A stretch of 64,000 bases of DNA from Selaginella moellendorffii (taxonomy: Eukaryota; Plantae; Lycopodiophyta), in NCBI RefSeq assembly GCF_000143415.4, contig NW_003314289.1, forward strand, positions 215,109 to 279,108, given 5' to 3'. This document shows positions 10,860-21,876 of the stretch, piece after piece (position 1 is the first letter of the stretch; each line of letters starts with the position of its first letter). The notes under the pieces are model-generated. The model saw only the letters and a program-made list of their open reading frames with translations, had not been told where the DNA came from and searched no databases. Both the position numbers and the translations under genes were made by a program.

Positions 10860-12556
10860 ACATAGTTTAATGAATTAAAAATCATCATTAAATTCACTTG
10901 GCTATTTATAAAATCACCATCTTAATCATTAAAAACACTAAACTAAGCTAAAAGATATGTCAGAATTATTATTATTACTAAATTAGAAATAAAAAGAATA
11001 CACAGTTAAAAAGTTATTAACATTATATTGAAAAAGCTTAAATAATTTGAGAACTTTTAATACATTAATATGATTGCATAAACATAATTTGAAACAAAAA
11101 ATTGGCTCCAAACTTTAAAACTTCAAGATTTTTGTATAATAATTTTTTTTTCTTCTTATCATATTATAAAAAAAGAAAGAACATTTGATTTATTGAGAAA
11201 TTAAGGAGTAAAACAAATATAGATAACTTTTCAAAATAAAATAAATATTACAGTCTAAATAATTATTTGGAAGAAATTAATATAGAGGAGGAAGGTGATA
11301 AATCACTTATACTTTTTTGTGCTAAAAAAAATCTAAAACTTACATAACTATTTTATAATATAAATTGGAAATATATAAGAATAATATTCTTAGAATATGA
11401 TTTCTTTAATTTAATGGCTCTATCTTAAACTTTTAAATTTGGTTTATAATCAATCTTTAATAAAAATTATGAGAATCCTCATATCTATTGCAAATGTGTA
11501 TACGGGTGTCGAAAGTTATTAATTAGTAAGTTCTTTTAAATATTCTTTCCTTATCGCCATGTGCATGATACACCAGAAAAGCCATGCTACTTCTATGTAG
11601 TGTACATGATGGATATCTTCTAGTGCGCAAACTAATTTTTATTTCCTCTTTTAAGGGGATGTTCTCCATGAGAATCTACCCATAAGTTTTGAGTTTTGGA
11701 GATCAAATGCACAAAATATAATTGTGAGATGATCGTCTGGGGTGAGACACTCTATAGTATTGTTAGATATTTTTTTAGTCTCCACCCAAGTTAGTTAAGA
11801 AACTAGTCTTTGTGTGTGTTCTTAACTAAAAGAGCATAAAAACAGAATTCTTGAGTGCTATTAGTCAAATATACTTAACCTAGTTCAAAAAATGCATTTA
11901 TTAATTTGCACAGATTAATGAACTAAAAATAATCATAAATTTCCCTTGGCTATTTATAAGATCACTATCTTAGTCTCCAAAAATAGTAAATTAAACTAAT
12001 AGATATGTTAAATATACTATTTTTACTAAAATACCAATAAAGAATACATAATTAAACAAGTATTTATATTATATTGCAAAAGCTTAAATAATCTGAGAAC
12101 TTTTCATGCACTAATATGATTGCATAAATATAATTTAAAGCAAAAAATTAGCCCCAAGCTCGAAAATTTAAAAATTAATATAATATAAAACTTCTAATAT
12201 CACATTATAAAAAAAGAAATAACATCTGATTTGTTGAGAAATTAGAGAGTAATAAGCAAAAATAGATAACTTTTCAAAGTAAAATAATTATTACAGTCTA
12301 AATAATTATTTAGAAAAAATTTATATAGAGAAGAAAAATAATGAATCACTCATACTTTTTTGTGTTACAAAAAAAATCTAAAACTTACATAACTGTTTTA
12401 TAATCTAGATTGAATTATAAAGCCATGAAGTTTTTAAATTTTTAAAGATAATATATTTTAAATTTAATTACTTTAACTTTAATGGTTTTATGTTAAGGTT
12501 TTTTGTTTAGTTTATAATCAATATTTAATATAAATTATGAAAATTCTCATATCTAT
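10860..12556. repeat. Two diverged AT-rich direct repeats of about 630 bp (about 10860-11490 and 11910-12556)
   Basis: Colinear matching blocks, e.g. CTTGGCTATTTATAA, AAAAGCTTAAATAAT-TGAGAACTTT, ACAGTCTAAATAATTATTT, AAAATCTAAAACTTACATAACT. Confidence 0.8.
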
Positions 12557-12897
12557 CTAGATTATTATTGTGGTCACATCATTTGGAATATATCTTTCAA
12601 AAATTTTATTGTTAATTATGAAAATGAATATTATTTCATCTTATTCTTCATTTTATGTTAAATATTCTCCCATTTTAAGTATTATTAAATTTAAAAATGT
12701 TATTACAAAAAGGAAAATATATTATAGATCTATTTTTGGTAATAAAAGAAATGTATTCATACAATTTGATGATAGTGAAGAGAACATTTTAGGCATATGA
12801 GACTTTTAAGTTGGTAGTTTAATAAATAATATTTTACACTTAACAAATATTTGAAATTTATAAAAAATGAACTTTAATGAATTTTTTAATATTATTT

Positions 12898-15800
12898 TGT
12901 GAGGGCCAAGTGTACGGCTACGATGCCATATACTAATATTAGCGTAGTGGGATTTTGGTAGCCGTCGGATTAGTTTCAATCCGGACCATTCGCTCCTGTA
13001 TATAAGCTAGGGTTTTTGGGCTAATTGATATGCACATTTCTGTATTCCCTTTCCATATTCCAAGCACTCACATTGGTGGAGATGAGGGGCACCTTTGATT
13101 GTCCCTAAGGAGTGCTTGGATTTGGGATTTTGGTTTAGATCTAACTTTTGCATTGTCTAGATCTAGCTTTTTTCATTTCCTTCTTTTTGTTCTTTCCTTT
13201 CAGGATTTTGGTTTAGATCTAGCTTTTTGCATTGTCTAGATCTACCATTTCCTTCTAGCTTTTTGTCATTTCTCTTCTTTTGCTCTTCCTTTTTTCATTC
13301 ATCTCCATGGCAGATCAGCAATCTCCTCCTTTAACTCTCGAGCAGCAGTTGGTCCAGTTGCTTGATGCTATGCGCTTGCAATTGAACAACCAAACTCAAT
13401 TGATGGCGGCATTCATGGCACGTGGTCCAACTCCTCCTGCTCTTGGTGCCAATCCTCGTGTTCGGCCGGAGTTCTTTCGTGGGAATCCCGGGGATGATAT
13501 GTACCATTGGTTTTGTCACTTCATGGTGATTGCCACATATCATTCTTGGGATGATGCTCGACGTTTACGTGAGTTTCCCACGTCGTCCCTCCAAGGGACG
13601 GCGTTGCAGTGGTACAATGGATTGAGTGCGGCCACTCGTGAGGATTGGAGTGTTCTTCCGGACGTCTTCAAATGCGCCTTCGGACATGCTGACGATTGTG
13701 ACGATGCCTTCCAACAATTGCATCATCTTCGCCAAGGGCTATCTGAGTCGGTGATGCAATTTGGCGTTCATTTCTGAAGTCTTTTGTTTCGTGCGGAGCC
13801 CAATATATCGGAGCGGATCAAGTTAGGAATGTTGTGGCCAGCACTTCGTCAAGATCTTGTCGGCCTTGTGCATGCACTTGCTCCTGCCACCCTTGACGAT
13901 GCTCTTCGCTTGGCACAACGTTATGAGACGTCGCCTCTTCCACTTCTCGCTGCACGTCCTTCCACTCCACTTTCTATGAGTGATGGTCCTGTTCCCATGG
14001 AGGTTGATGCTGCTGCTACTCGAGTCCAAGGACACGGACGAGGACGTGGTCGTGGCCGTGATGTTCGTTGCTGGGCGTGTGATGAAGTTGGTCATACTTA
14101 TTGGCGTTGTTGGCGCTTTCCGGATTGGCGACCTCCATTTCCTGGGTGGAGACCTTGGCATCAACAACGTCCCATTGGTGCTGCTGCAGTAGAAGGTTTG
14201 GACACCGAGATGAATCCGGGAAATGAGGAGTCGCGTGAGTAATGGAGGGACCTTGTGCGAATAAGTCAGTGACCCCTCCATCTTTCTTTCGGGAGTATCA
14301 TCAAGGGGTTCACTCGGCACCAGTTCATCCAGTGTTTACTTTCCAAGCTCATCTTTATAACAAGAGGTTTCCTATTATTCTCTCCGTGTTGGTTGATACA
14401 GGTTCGAGTTTATCTTCTATTGCTTGACCTGTTGCCACACGTTGTCGTCTACACTTGTGTCGTGCGGTGGAACCAGTTTTCATTCTTTATGGCAACGGCC
14501 GTACACATGCATGTGCACGGGATGAGGCAGACCTGGTTGTGCGTGTGGGCGATCTCGAGCTTGAGTTGCAGTCGTTGCGGGTGGTGCCGAGTCAAGCTTT
14601 TGACCTCATTCTTGGTATGGATTGGTTGCAGTGCAATCATGCCAAGTGTGACTTTGAGGCTTCTCCCCCTTGTCTCATACTTCCTTATGTTTCCTCCAAT
14701 CCTCTCACATCCGTACCTCTTCGTCCCTCTACTTCTACCTCTACTTCCATTACTTTTGTTCCCCCACTATTTCCTCCTGTGTTTCCATCTTGTTCTGCTC
14801 TTCTCGTTTCCAATCCCTCCGACGATCTTTGTGTTACAGCAGTTGACCAGCTCATGAAAGAGTATTCTGATCTCTTTGACTTTGACCTATCATCTGGAGC
14901 CAAGATTGCTACATGTCATCCGATTCCAACTGGGGATGCTCGTCCAATCAAGGTTCCTGTTCGTCGTCAGTCACCAAAGGAGATCAAGATTTTACGTGCA
15001 AATGTCCAGGAGATGTTGGAGAAGGGTGTTATTCGGAAGTCGCGAAGTCCTTGGCCATGTGAACCTCATCTTGTGACGAAGCCTGATAGGAGTATTCGTT
15101 TCTGCATCGACTATCGTTTGTTAAACGACGTAACGATCCCAGATGTGTACCCTCTTCCTCACACTACTGATCTCTTGGATCGTCTGGGGCGAAGTCGTTG
15201 GTTCACCAAGCTAGATCTTGCTTCTGGGTACTAGCAAGTACCGATGGCCGAAGAAGATATTCCAAAGACTGTTTTTCGTACACCATTTGGTTTGTATGAG
15301 TTCTTGGTGATGCCATTTGGTTTGAACAATGCTTCAGCAACTTTTCAACGGATGATGGACGAGGTTCTTTGCGATATGCCGGAGGTGACTGCTAACTTCA
15401 TTGATGATGTCTTGAGCCACTCGGAGGGGACGTAGGAGGAGCACGTTCGTGATGTTTGTAAAGTGTTGGATCGGCTACGCGATGTTGGTTTAAAGCTGAA
15501 GCGGTCGAAGTGCGTGTTTGGATCCAAGGACACAACTTATCTTGGGTACCGTATTTCTCGTGAGGGTTTGCAAGTTGATCCTGACAAACTTGTGGCTGTT
15601 CTAAAGTTCCCTACTCCGAAGTGTGTGAATGATGTATAACGCTTTTTGGGCAAAGTGCAATATTTCAGTTGTTTTGTGGATCATCTTTCTGATCACACTG
15701 CACCGTTGTGGATCATCTTTCTGATCGCACTGCACCGTGCTAGTGCCTCTGCAACTGCTGTTGGATACTTCCTCCTCAATTGAGTGGTGTTCCAGCATTC

Positions 15801-16714
15801 TTGTCTAGAGCGGATTCTTTCGGATAATGGTCCCGCATTTATGGCTGAGGCGTTTCATGTTTTGACGTCTCGGTTGGGGATTCGCCACACTTTCACGAGT
15901 GCTTATCATCCACAATCATACGGTCTGGTGGAACGGCTCGTTCGGACGTTCAAGGGGGTGATTGTGAAGTATGTGAACTTTCAGCATTCGGATTGGGATG
16001 GTTATTTGCCGTCTCTGCGGTATGCATATGTCACTGGGGCGCAGAGTTCTGTTAGTGCTTCACCATATAAACTCCTATATGGTCATGATCCAATATTACC
16101 AATGGAGCTGGGTTTACCTTCGCAATTGCCACGAGCTGCAGATGCTAGGTCATGGGATCAATATTTGACAAGCATTCTTCCACTTGTCCCAGCGGAGTCT
16201 GCCGAACACTTAGGCCGCTTACAAGTGGGACAACAACGGCGCTACAACTCCCGTCATCGTCCACCTGTGAAGTACAAAGTGGATGATTTGGTGTTAGTCC
16301 GTTTTCCCCATCTTACGGTACATGGTTTGTCTAAGGGGCTCCTTGCACAGTAGAAAGGACCGTATCGGGTGTTGCGGCAAGTTGGACCACAAGTTTATGA
16401 GGTTCGGCATGACGTCCAGCAAGCCGATCCTCCAGAGATTGTGCATGTGCAGCAGTTGAAATGCTTCATACAAAGGGATTAGGAGCAGTTAATACCATCT
16501 ACAGATCCGCCGATGCCTCCTCCTGATGTTCCTCCAGATCCCGGCCCGTCTACAAGAGAACCCTGATGGTCTTCCATTATCCTGAGGGGGGGGGATGATG
16601 TGAGGGCCAAGTGTACGGCTACGATGCCGTATACTAATATTAGCGTAGTTGGATTTTGGTAGCCGTTGGATTAGTTTCAATTCGGACGACTTGCTCCTGT
16701 ATATAAGCTAGGGT
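12898..16714 (+). mobile_element. Degenerate Ty3/Gypsy LTR retrotransposon (no chromodomain seen); 5' LTR 12898-13072, 3' LTR from 16599 truncated at 16714
   Basis: TG...CA LTR, PBS TGGTGGAGATG, gag with PMEVD and degenerate zinc knuckle, protease LVDTGSS, RT ([25 protein letters not shown]), integrase core (SDNG, SAYHPQ, GPY), G-rich PPT. Several stops; RNase H and integrase N-terminus deleted at about 15.7 kb. Confidence 0.92.
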
Positions 16715-17978
16715 AATTGCTTTATGAGAGCGCCTTTAATGGCTATTTTATCCCCATTTATCCCCCAAGGTTTCAAAGATCCACAGTGATAGTATATCTA
16801 AATTTCATCCCATGATCACATGTGCTACACTCACCCCTCCTTTAAAAATGTCAATATCTTCATTGACTATTAACTAATAACCCTTATTGAGCCCCCTTTA
16901 GAGATGTCAATGTCCTCATTGACTATTGACTAACAACCCCTATTATACTCACCCCCCCTTCAGAGATGTCAATGTTTTTATTGACTATTGACTAATAACC
17001 CCTATTGACATTGACTATTGACTAACAATCTCTATTGATCATTGACTATTGACTAACAACTTTTATTGAGCCCCCTTCACAGATGTCAATATCCTTATTG
17101 ACTATTGACTAACAACCTTTATTACACTCACCCCCCTTCAGATATGTCAATGTCCTCATTGACTATTGACTAACAACCCCTATTATACTCACCCCCCCTT
17201 CAGAGATGTCAATGTTTTTATTGACTATTGACTAATAACCCCTATTGACATTGACTATTGACTAACAATCTCTATTGATCATTGACTATTGACTAACAAT
17301 TTTTATTGAGCCCCCTTCACAGATGTCAATATCCTTATTGACTATTGACTAACAACCTTTATTACACTCACCCCCCTTCAGATATGTCAATGTCCTTATT
17401 GACTATTGACTAATAACCCCTATTAAGCTAAAGAGAACCAACACCTTTATTTCAGCACTAAATCTACCAATCCTTCTATTGTCCTCATTAAAAGGAATCA
17501 GCACCTCTATTTCAACACTAAATCTATCAATCCTTCTATTGTGTAGATTAACTATTTCATGTGAATTTACCAATCCTTCCATTGTGTAGATTAGCTATTT
17601 CATGTAAGGCAACTAATTATCAACTTATACCGCAGTCCCACAGTGGATAACTTTGTTTGTGGATACTCCACATAAAAGGAAGGACATACGCTAGATGCGC
17701 AATACATACGATTTCAAATTTAAGGGTAGAAATATACCTTGCTCAAGGGTATATTATATTTTTAAATAGCCATTAATCAATAGAAATTGAACTTATGCCA
17801 TTTGCTCTGATACCACATATAGTACACCTTATCTTTTTCCTCTTAAGCCAACTAAAAAAGAGGCAATTGTTTGATAAGAGAGCCTTAATAGCTATTATAT
17901 CCCTATTTATCCCCCAAGGTTCCAAGGATCTACAATGACAATATATCCAAATCTCATCCCATGATCACATGTGCTACA
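16715..17978 (-). mobile_element. Non-autonomous LTR (TRIM-like) element; LTRs about 17819-17978 and 16715-16829 (truncated)
   Basis: Two copies of ...TTTATCCCCCAAGGTT...CATCCCATGATCACATGTGCTACA; iMet PBS (TGGTATCAGAGCAA on minus) at about 17802-17815; PPT GGAGGGGTGAG beside the left LTR; no coding capacity seen. Confidence 0.8.
16830..17430. repeat. Tandem repeat array (ATTGACTATTGACTAACAAC core) with a 240-bp higher-order duplication
   Basis: 16921-17160 and 17161-17400 are near-identical line for line. Confidence 0.92.
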
Positions 17979-18529
17979 GTGCTATTGAAAGTTTTTACCT
18001 TACTATTACTATTGAGGAGTTTATGTATTCCTTTGAGAGTATGGACATTATTATTAATTTTCTTGTCTCAAGTGTTGAGTTGTGTGTTAAGGAGGTTGAG
18101 TGATGTGAATCTTTTGCTTATATTATAGTGGTTGAAGTATTTTTTTAAGCTTTGAGCATATGTTTTTTTTTTATTTCCCCATTTCTACATCGCTACCTAT
18201 TGCAAATTCTTCTTCCAATGCTTCTTTATCCACTTTTTCTTTTTCCATAATTGTTTTTCATCAATTTTTCTTATTTTCTCCTTTCCACCCTAACTGTTCA
18301 AACTTTTTTATCTTTAGAGGGGACAGATGGGAGTCCAGCCCTAACAATAGAATGAGGACGAGTGAATACAGTAGTGGAGCAAAGATAAACGACATAAATT
18401 GTGGAGCAAAAACGAGTATAGCAAATCCAAATGGAACATCCAACCCCAATGTAGTGAGGCCAAATGGATGCGATAATGGAGTAAGGCCGAACATAGATGA
18501 CAAAGTAAAGACAAATACAACGAGTCCAA

Positions 18530-18554
18530 TTTAGGGTTTAGGGTTTAGGGTTTA
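18530..18554 (+). repeat. Interstitial telomere-type repeat (TTTAGGG)3+
   Basis: TTTAGGGTTTAGGGTTTAGGGTTTA. Confidence 0.85.
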
Positions 18555-19361
18555 AATAGAACTAGTGTTTCAGAATTTTTTTTCCTTTAAGTAGGGGATA
18601 AAGAGGATGTAAAGGACAAATAAAATGAGTCTAACCTCCTATGTGTGGTGTTAGATGAAGATGATGGTTCTATTTATGGTTTTAAGTCCGAGTTAATAAT
18701 TATCTTGGAAGATCATCAACATGCAAACTTAGAGACATGATGTATTGTTTGTTACAATGGTGCTTTATGGACTATAATAACTCTCAAAGTCCCTTGCTTT
18801 GGTTCAAAATTATAATTGTGTGGTTGGTTTGAGCATTTTGGAGTTATATCCGAAGTTACAACTAATTCACTGGGATTTTATAATTGTCTAATGTTTATGC
18901 CATTGCTTTCGGTTTTATTTCAATCATGGTTATTAGCAACTTTATTGGTGGTATTGTGGAAATTTTAGATTTTTGTGGGAATATATAATTGCCTAATAGA
19001 AACTCCAAATGTTCCACTTGACTTAGTATTATTGGCCTCTATTAATGTGAATGCTCGAAATATAAGAATAAATATATTAGGGGTTTAAACATTTGCTTAT
19101 ATACAAGAATGGATAATCTTAAATGAACAGTCCATATGCTTTAGTACTATATTTAATATATTACCTAGATAGGGTAATATATGTATATACATACATATAT
19201 TTATAAACTTTACAGTGGCAAAATTTTAGATAAGAATTTATTGTTGCAATAAATAATAGAGGTTTCATTTTTAACTATTGTAAAATTACTTATACAAAAT
19301 AAACTCATTATTAATTGTATTATTTTATTTTCTATGGTTTAGGGTTTCTAGCAGGGAAGAA

Positions 19362-20895
19362 ATGGGACGGGGAAAAACGATGCGACGCCAAGGGAGGGAC
19401 AAGCGCTGCGCGTCGTCGCTCGTGTAAGATTTCGTATGTTCTAGGCTGGATCTCTTACTTGCTCTCCGCAGAGACGAAGAATTCCAGCAGCCTACGACGT
19501 CTGCCGCACCAGGCAAGTGTCCATTTCTTTGCGGTGCTCAAGATTTGTGTGGGTTTAAGATCCCGAGGATGATACGGGGAAGAAGAAGAAATTCCCATTC
19601 CCTCTTGCTATGTGGGTAAGATTGCGTCTTTGTTTCATTCTCTTTCCTCAACTTACTTGACTTTAAGGACTTTGAGCAATGCGACCCGAGAAAATGTACT
19701 GGGAAAAAACTCTCTCGTTTTGGCTATGTCAAGGTGATGGTTTCTGTCATTCCCATGCGATGTTTGTTTTTTCTTACAAGTTTTTCTTCTTCTTCCTCGC
19801 TCTAGGAACTTCGTGTACATCAAAGATTTGCTGGTGTGGTTTTGAGGTGAGCACTGCAGCAATTTTTGCTTTCCTTCTTTGCGAAATTCTTTGCGTGGTA
19901 CTGAAAGTTTTCGAGCAGTCCTGTGGGGCAAAAATGTATATCGCAGGAGGATGCAGCACTGGTCGAGGAGCGTGGTCTTGCGGTTATCGATTGTTCTTGG
20001 GCCAAGCTGGAGGCCGTGCCTTTTGGCCACCTTCGAAGTGGCTCAGCCCGTTTATGTAAGTTATTTCCTCTCTTTGTTCTCCAGATTTTTTTCTTTTTCT
20101 TGTACATGCAGTGCCATGGCTTGTTGCTGCCAATCCAACAAATTATGGCCGGCCTTGCAAGCTATCGTGCGTAGAAGCTCTTACCGCGGCACTGGTTATT
20201 TGGTACGCCTCCCTTTTAAAAAAAAAAAAAGATAACTCGCGCTAATAGGATGCATGCAGTGGAAAAGAAGAGCTGGGTACAGAGCTTCTGAGCAAGTTCA
20301 AATGGGGCCATGGGTTTCTGTCGCTCAACAGGTTCCATCTCTCGAGTCTTGACTCATTCAAATGGAATTCGATTTTAATTCTCTTTCTGTTCCTTTTTTG
20401 TTTTTCTTGCAGCAAGCTTCTCAAACAGTATGCAAAGTGTAAAAACAGTGGAGAGGTCGTGGCAGTACAGAATAGCTGGCTTAGCAGCTCCGAGAAATCA
20501 GGTCTGCAAATCTCTCTCTTTCTCCAGCTGAAGGATAACCCCCTCCCTGCTTTCATCCAGAGAAAAACCAAGAACAAGATCAAGAGCAAAGCAGCGACAA
20601 TGACGACGAGCTCCCACCTCTTCACAGGAACATGAACCGCGTCGACTCCGATGAAGAACCGGACACCGAGAACGAGACAAGGGACGACGAAAACGAAGAT
20701 GCAAACAAAGCAACTAAGCACATTTCCTTACAGTGGCAGAGCCTCTCTGTATCGGAGGAGGTAACGTTTTTTCGTTTGCTTTCTCCCTTTCCCGTGGCAG
20801 AGACTCACGTGTTTGTGTACTTAGGACGCGAGCAAAGAGACAAAAGCGCCAGGCCACTGCTCATAAAAATTCGGGGCGACAAAAGATCCAGGTGA
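19362..20895 (+). CDS. TSR3: 18S rRNA aminocarboxypropyltransferase Tsr3, multi-exon
   Basis: [67 protein letters not shown], acidic tail. Confidence 0.92.
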
Positions 20896-20934
20896 TCTTG
20901 TTTATTCAGACATTCATGATTGTAGCGAAGATCT

Positions 20935-21312
20935 TCAGGAAGCATACGTGAGCTCTCGCACAAACTGAGGACACTGGATGCGAGAGTAAGGCATGCTCCG
21001 GGAATCAGCGCCAGGCTCGTTGTAAATTCCAACGTACGCAGCACCACATGAGTTTACTCTGGTGAGTTTCCTCGAACGCGAAGAAGTGCTGCTTGATCGC
21101 TTGATCCCCTCTCCCGGTTTTACTGCTGCTGGTGGTGGCGATTCCCTCGACTTGAAACGAGTGAACTTGGCGCGGATTTTCTTCTTCCAAGAGCACGGGA
21201 ACAGACCTTTGGGCCACCACGCTCTCCATCGAAACTCCATTCTTCTCAAGCTCGATTTGTGGCGATTCCGATAGCTTATCAGTGTCACTTCTTGTTGCGC
21301 GTCTGCTTCCAT
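20935..21312 (-). CDS. Hypothetical basic 125-aa protein
   Basis: Intronless ATG-started ORF with coding-like GC content between TSR3 and tRNA-Glu; no recognised domain. Confidence 0.4.
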   Translation of the reverse strand: MEADAQQEVTLISYRNRHKSSLRRMEFRWRAWWPKGLFPCSWKKKIRAKFTRFKSRESPPPAAVKPGEGIKRSSSTSSRSRKLTRVNSCGAAYVGIYNEPGADSRSMPYSRIQCPQFVRELTYAS

Positions 21313-21489
21313 CCTACCTCCCTCCCTTCGCTTTCGAGTATAAAAACTAGAAAAAAAAACCTTCCTTTGCACTCTAAGTAAGCATTACAATCAAATTTTA
21401 CGCAAAACGCAATACAAAGCAAACTAAAGTAACTAAATTTGATTTAATAATAACAATAAAATGTTTTTTAAAACTTGCAAAAATATAAA

Positions 21490-21562
21490 TTCCGTTGCCG
21501 GGAATTGAACCCGGGTCTCTCGGGTGAGAGCCGAGTATCCTGACCGACTAGACTACAACGGA
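21490..21562 (-). tRNA. tRNA-Glu(CTC)
   Basis: TCCGTTG...CAACGGA-A acceptor stem, anticodon arm CTCGG-CTCTCAC-CCGAG, B-box GGTTCAATTCC. Confidence 0.96.
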
Positions 21563-21876
21563 TATTCACATGAGGCATCTCTTCATCCAGCTTCAAACAA
21601 GTCATTCCTTTCGTCGAAGATAATCAAATACGTAAAATTACCCAAAGAGAAGTGGAGAAAGTGTGCAAGTCTCGATATATAACTTATATCATCGTACTTT
21701 CTCTCAAACTTTGCAAACAAAAGCTTGTGCTGCTGGAAGAAGAACAAGAGTAGAAAAATAACGAGAGAGAGAGAGACGAGAGAGAGCACCACCCCAGCTG
21801 TAGAAGAAGACGATATCTCCGCCAAGCGCCTCGAAAGCCAAGCGGCGGTTGTTTTTTAGCAGCGCTTACTACTTCT

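Noticed and set aside
16830-17430. CRISPR-like spacing of repeats
   Set aside because: Eukaryotic context, the intervening sequences are themselves repeated, and no cas genes are present.
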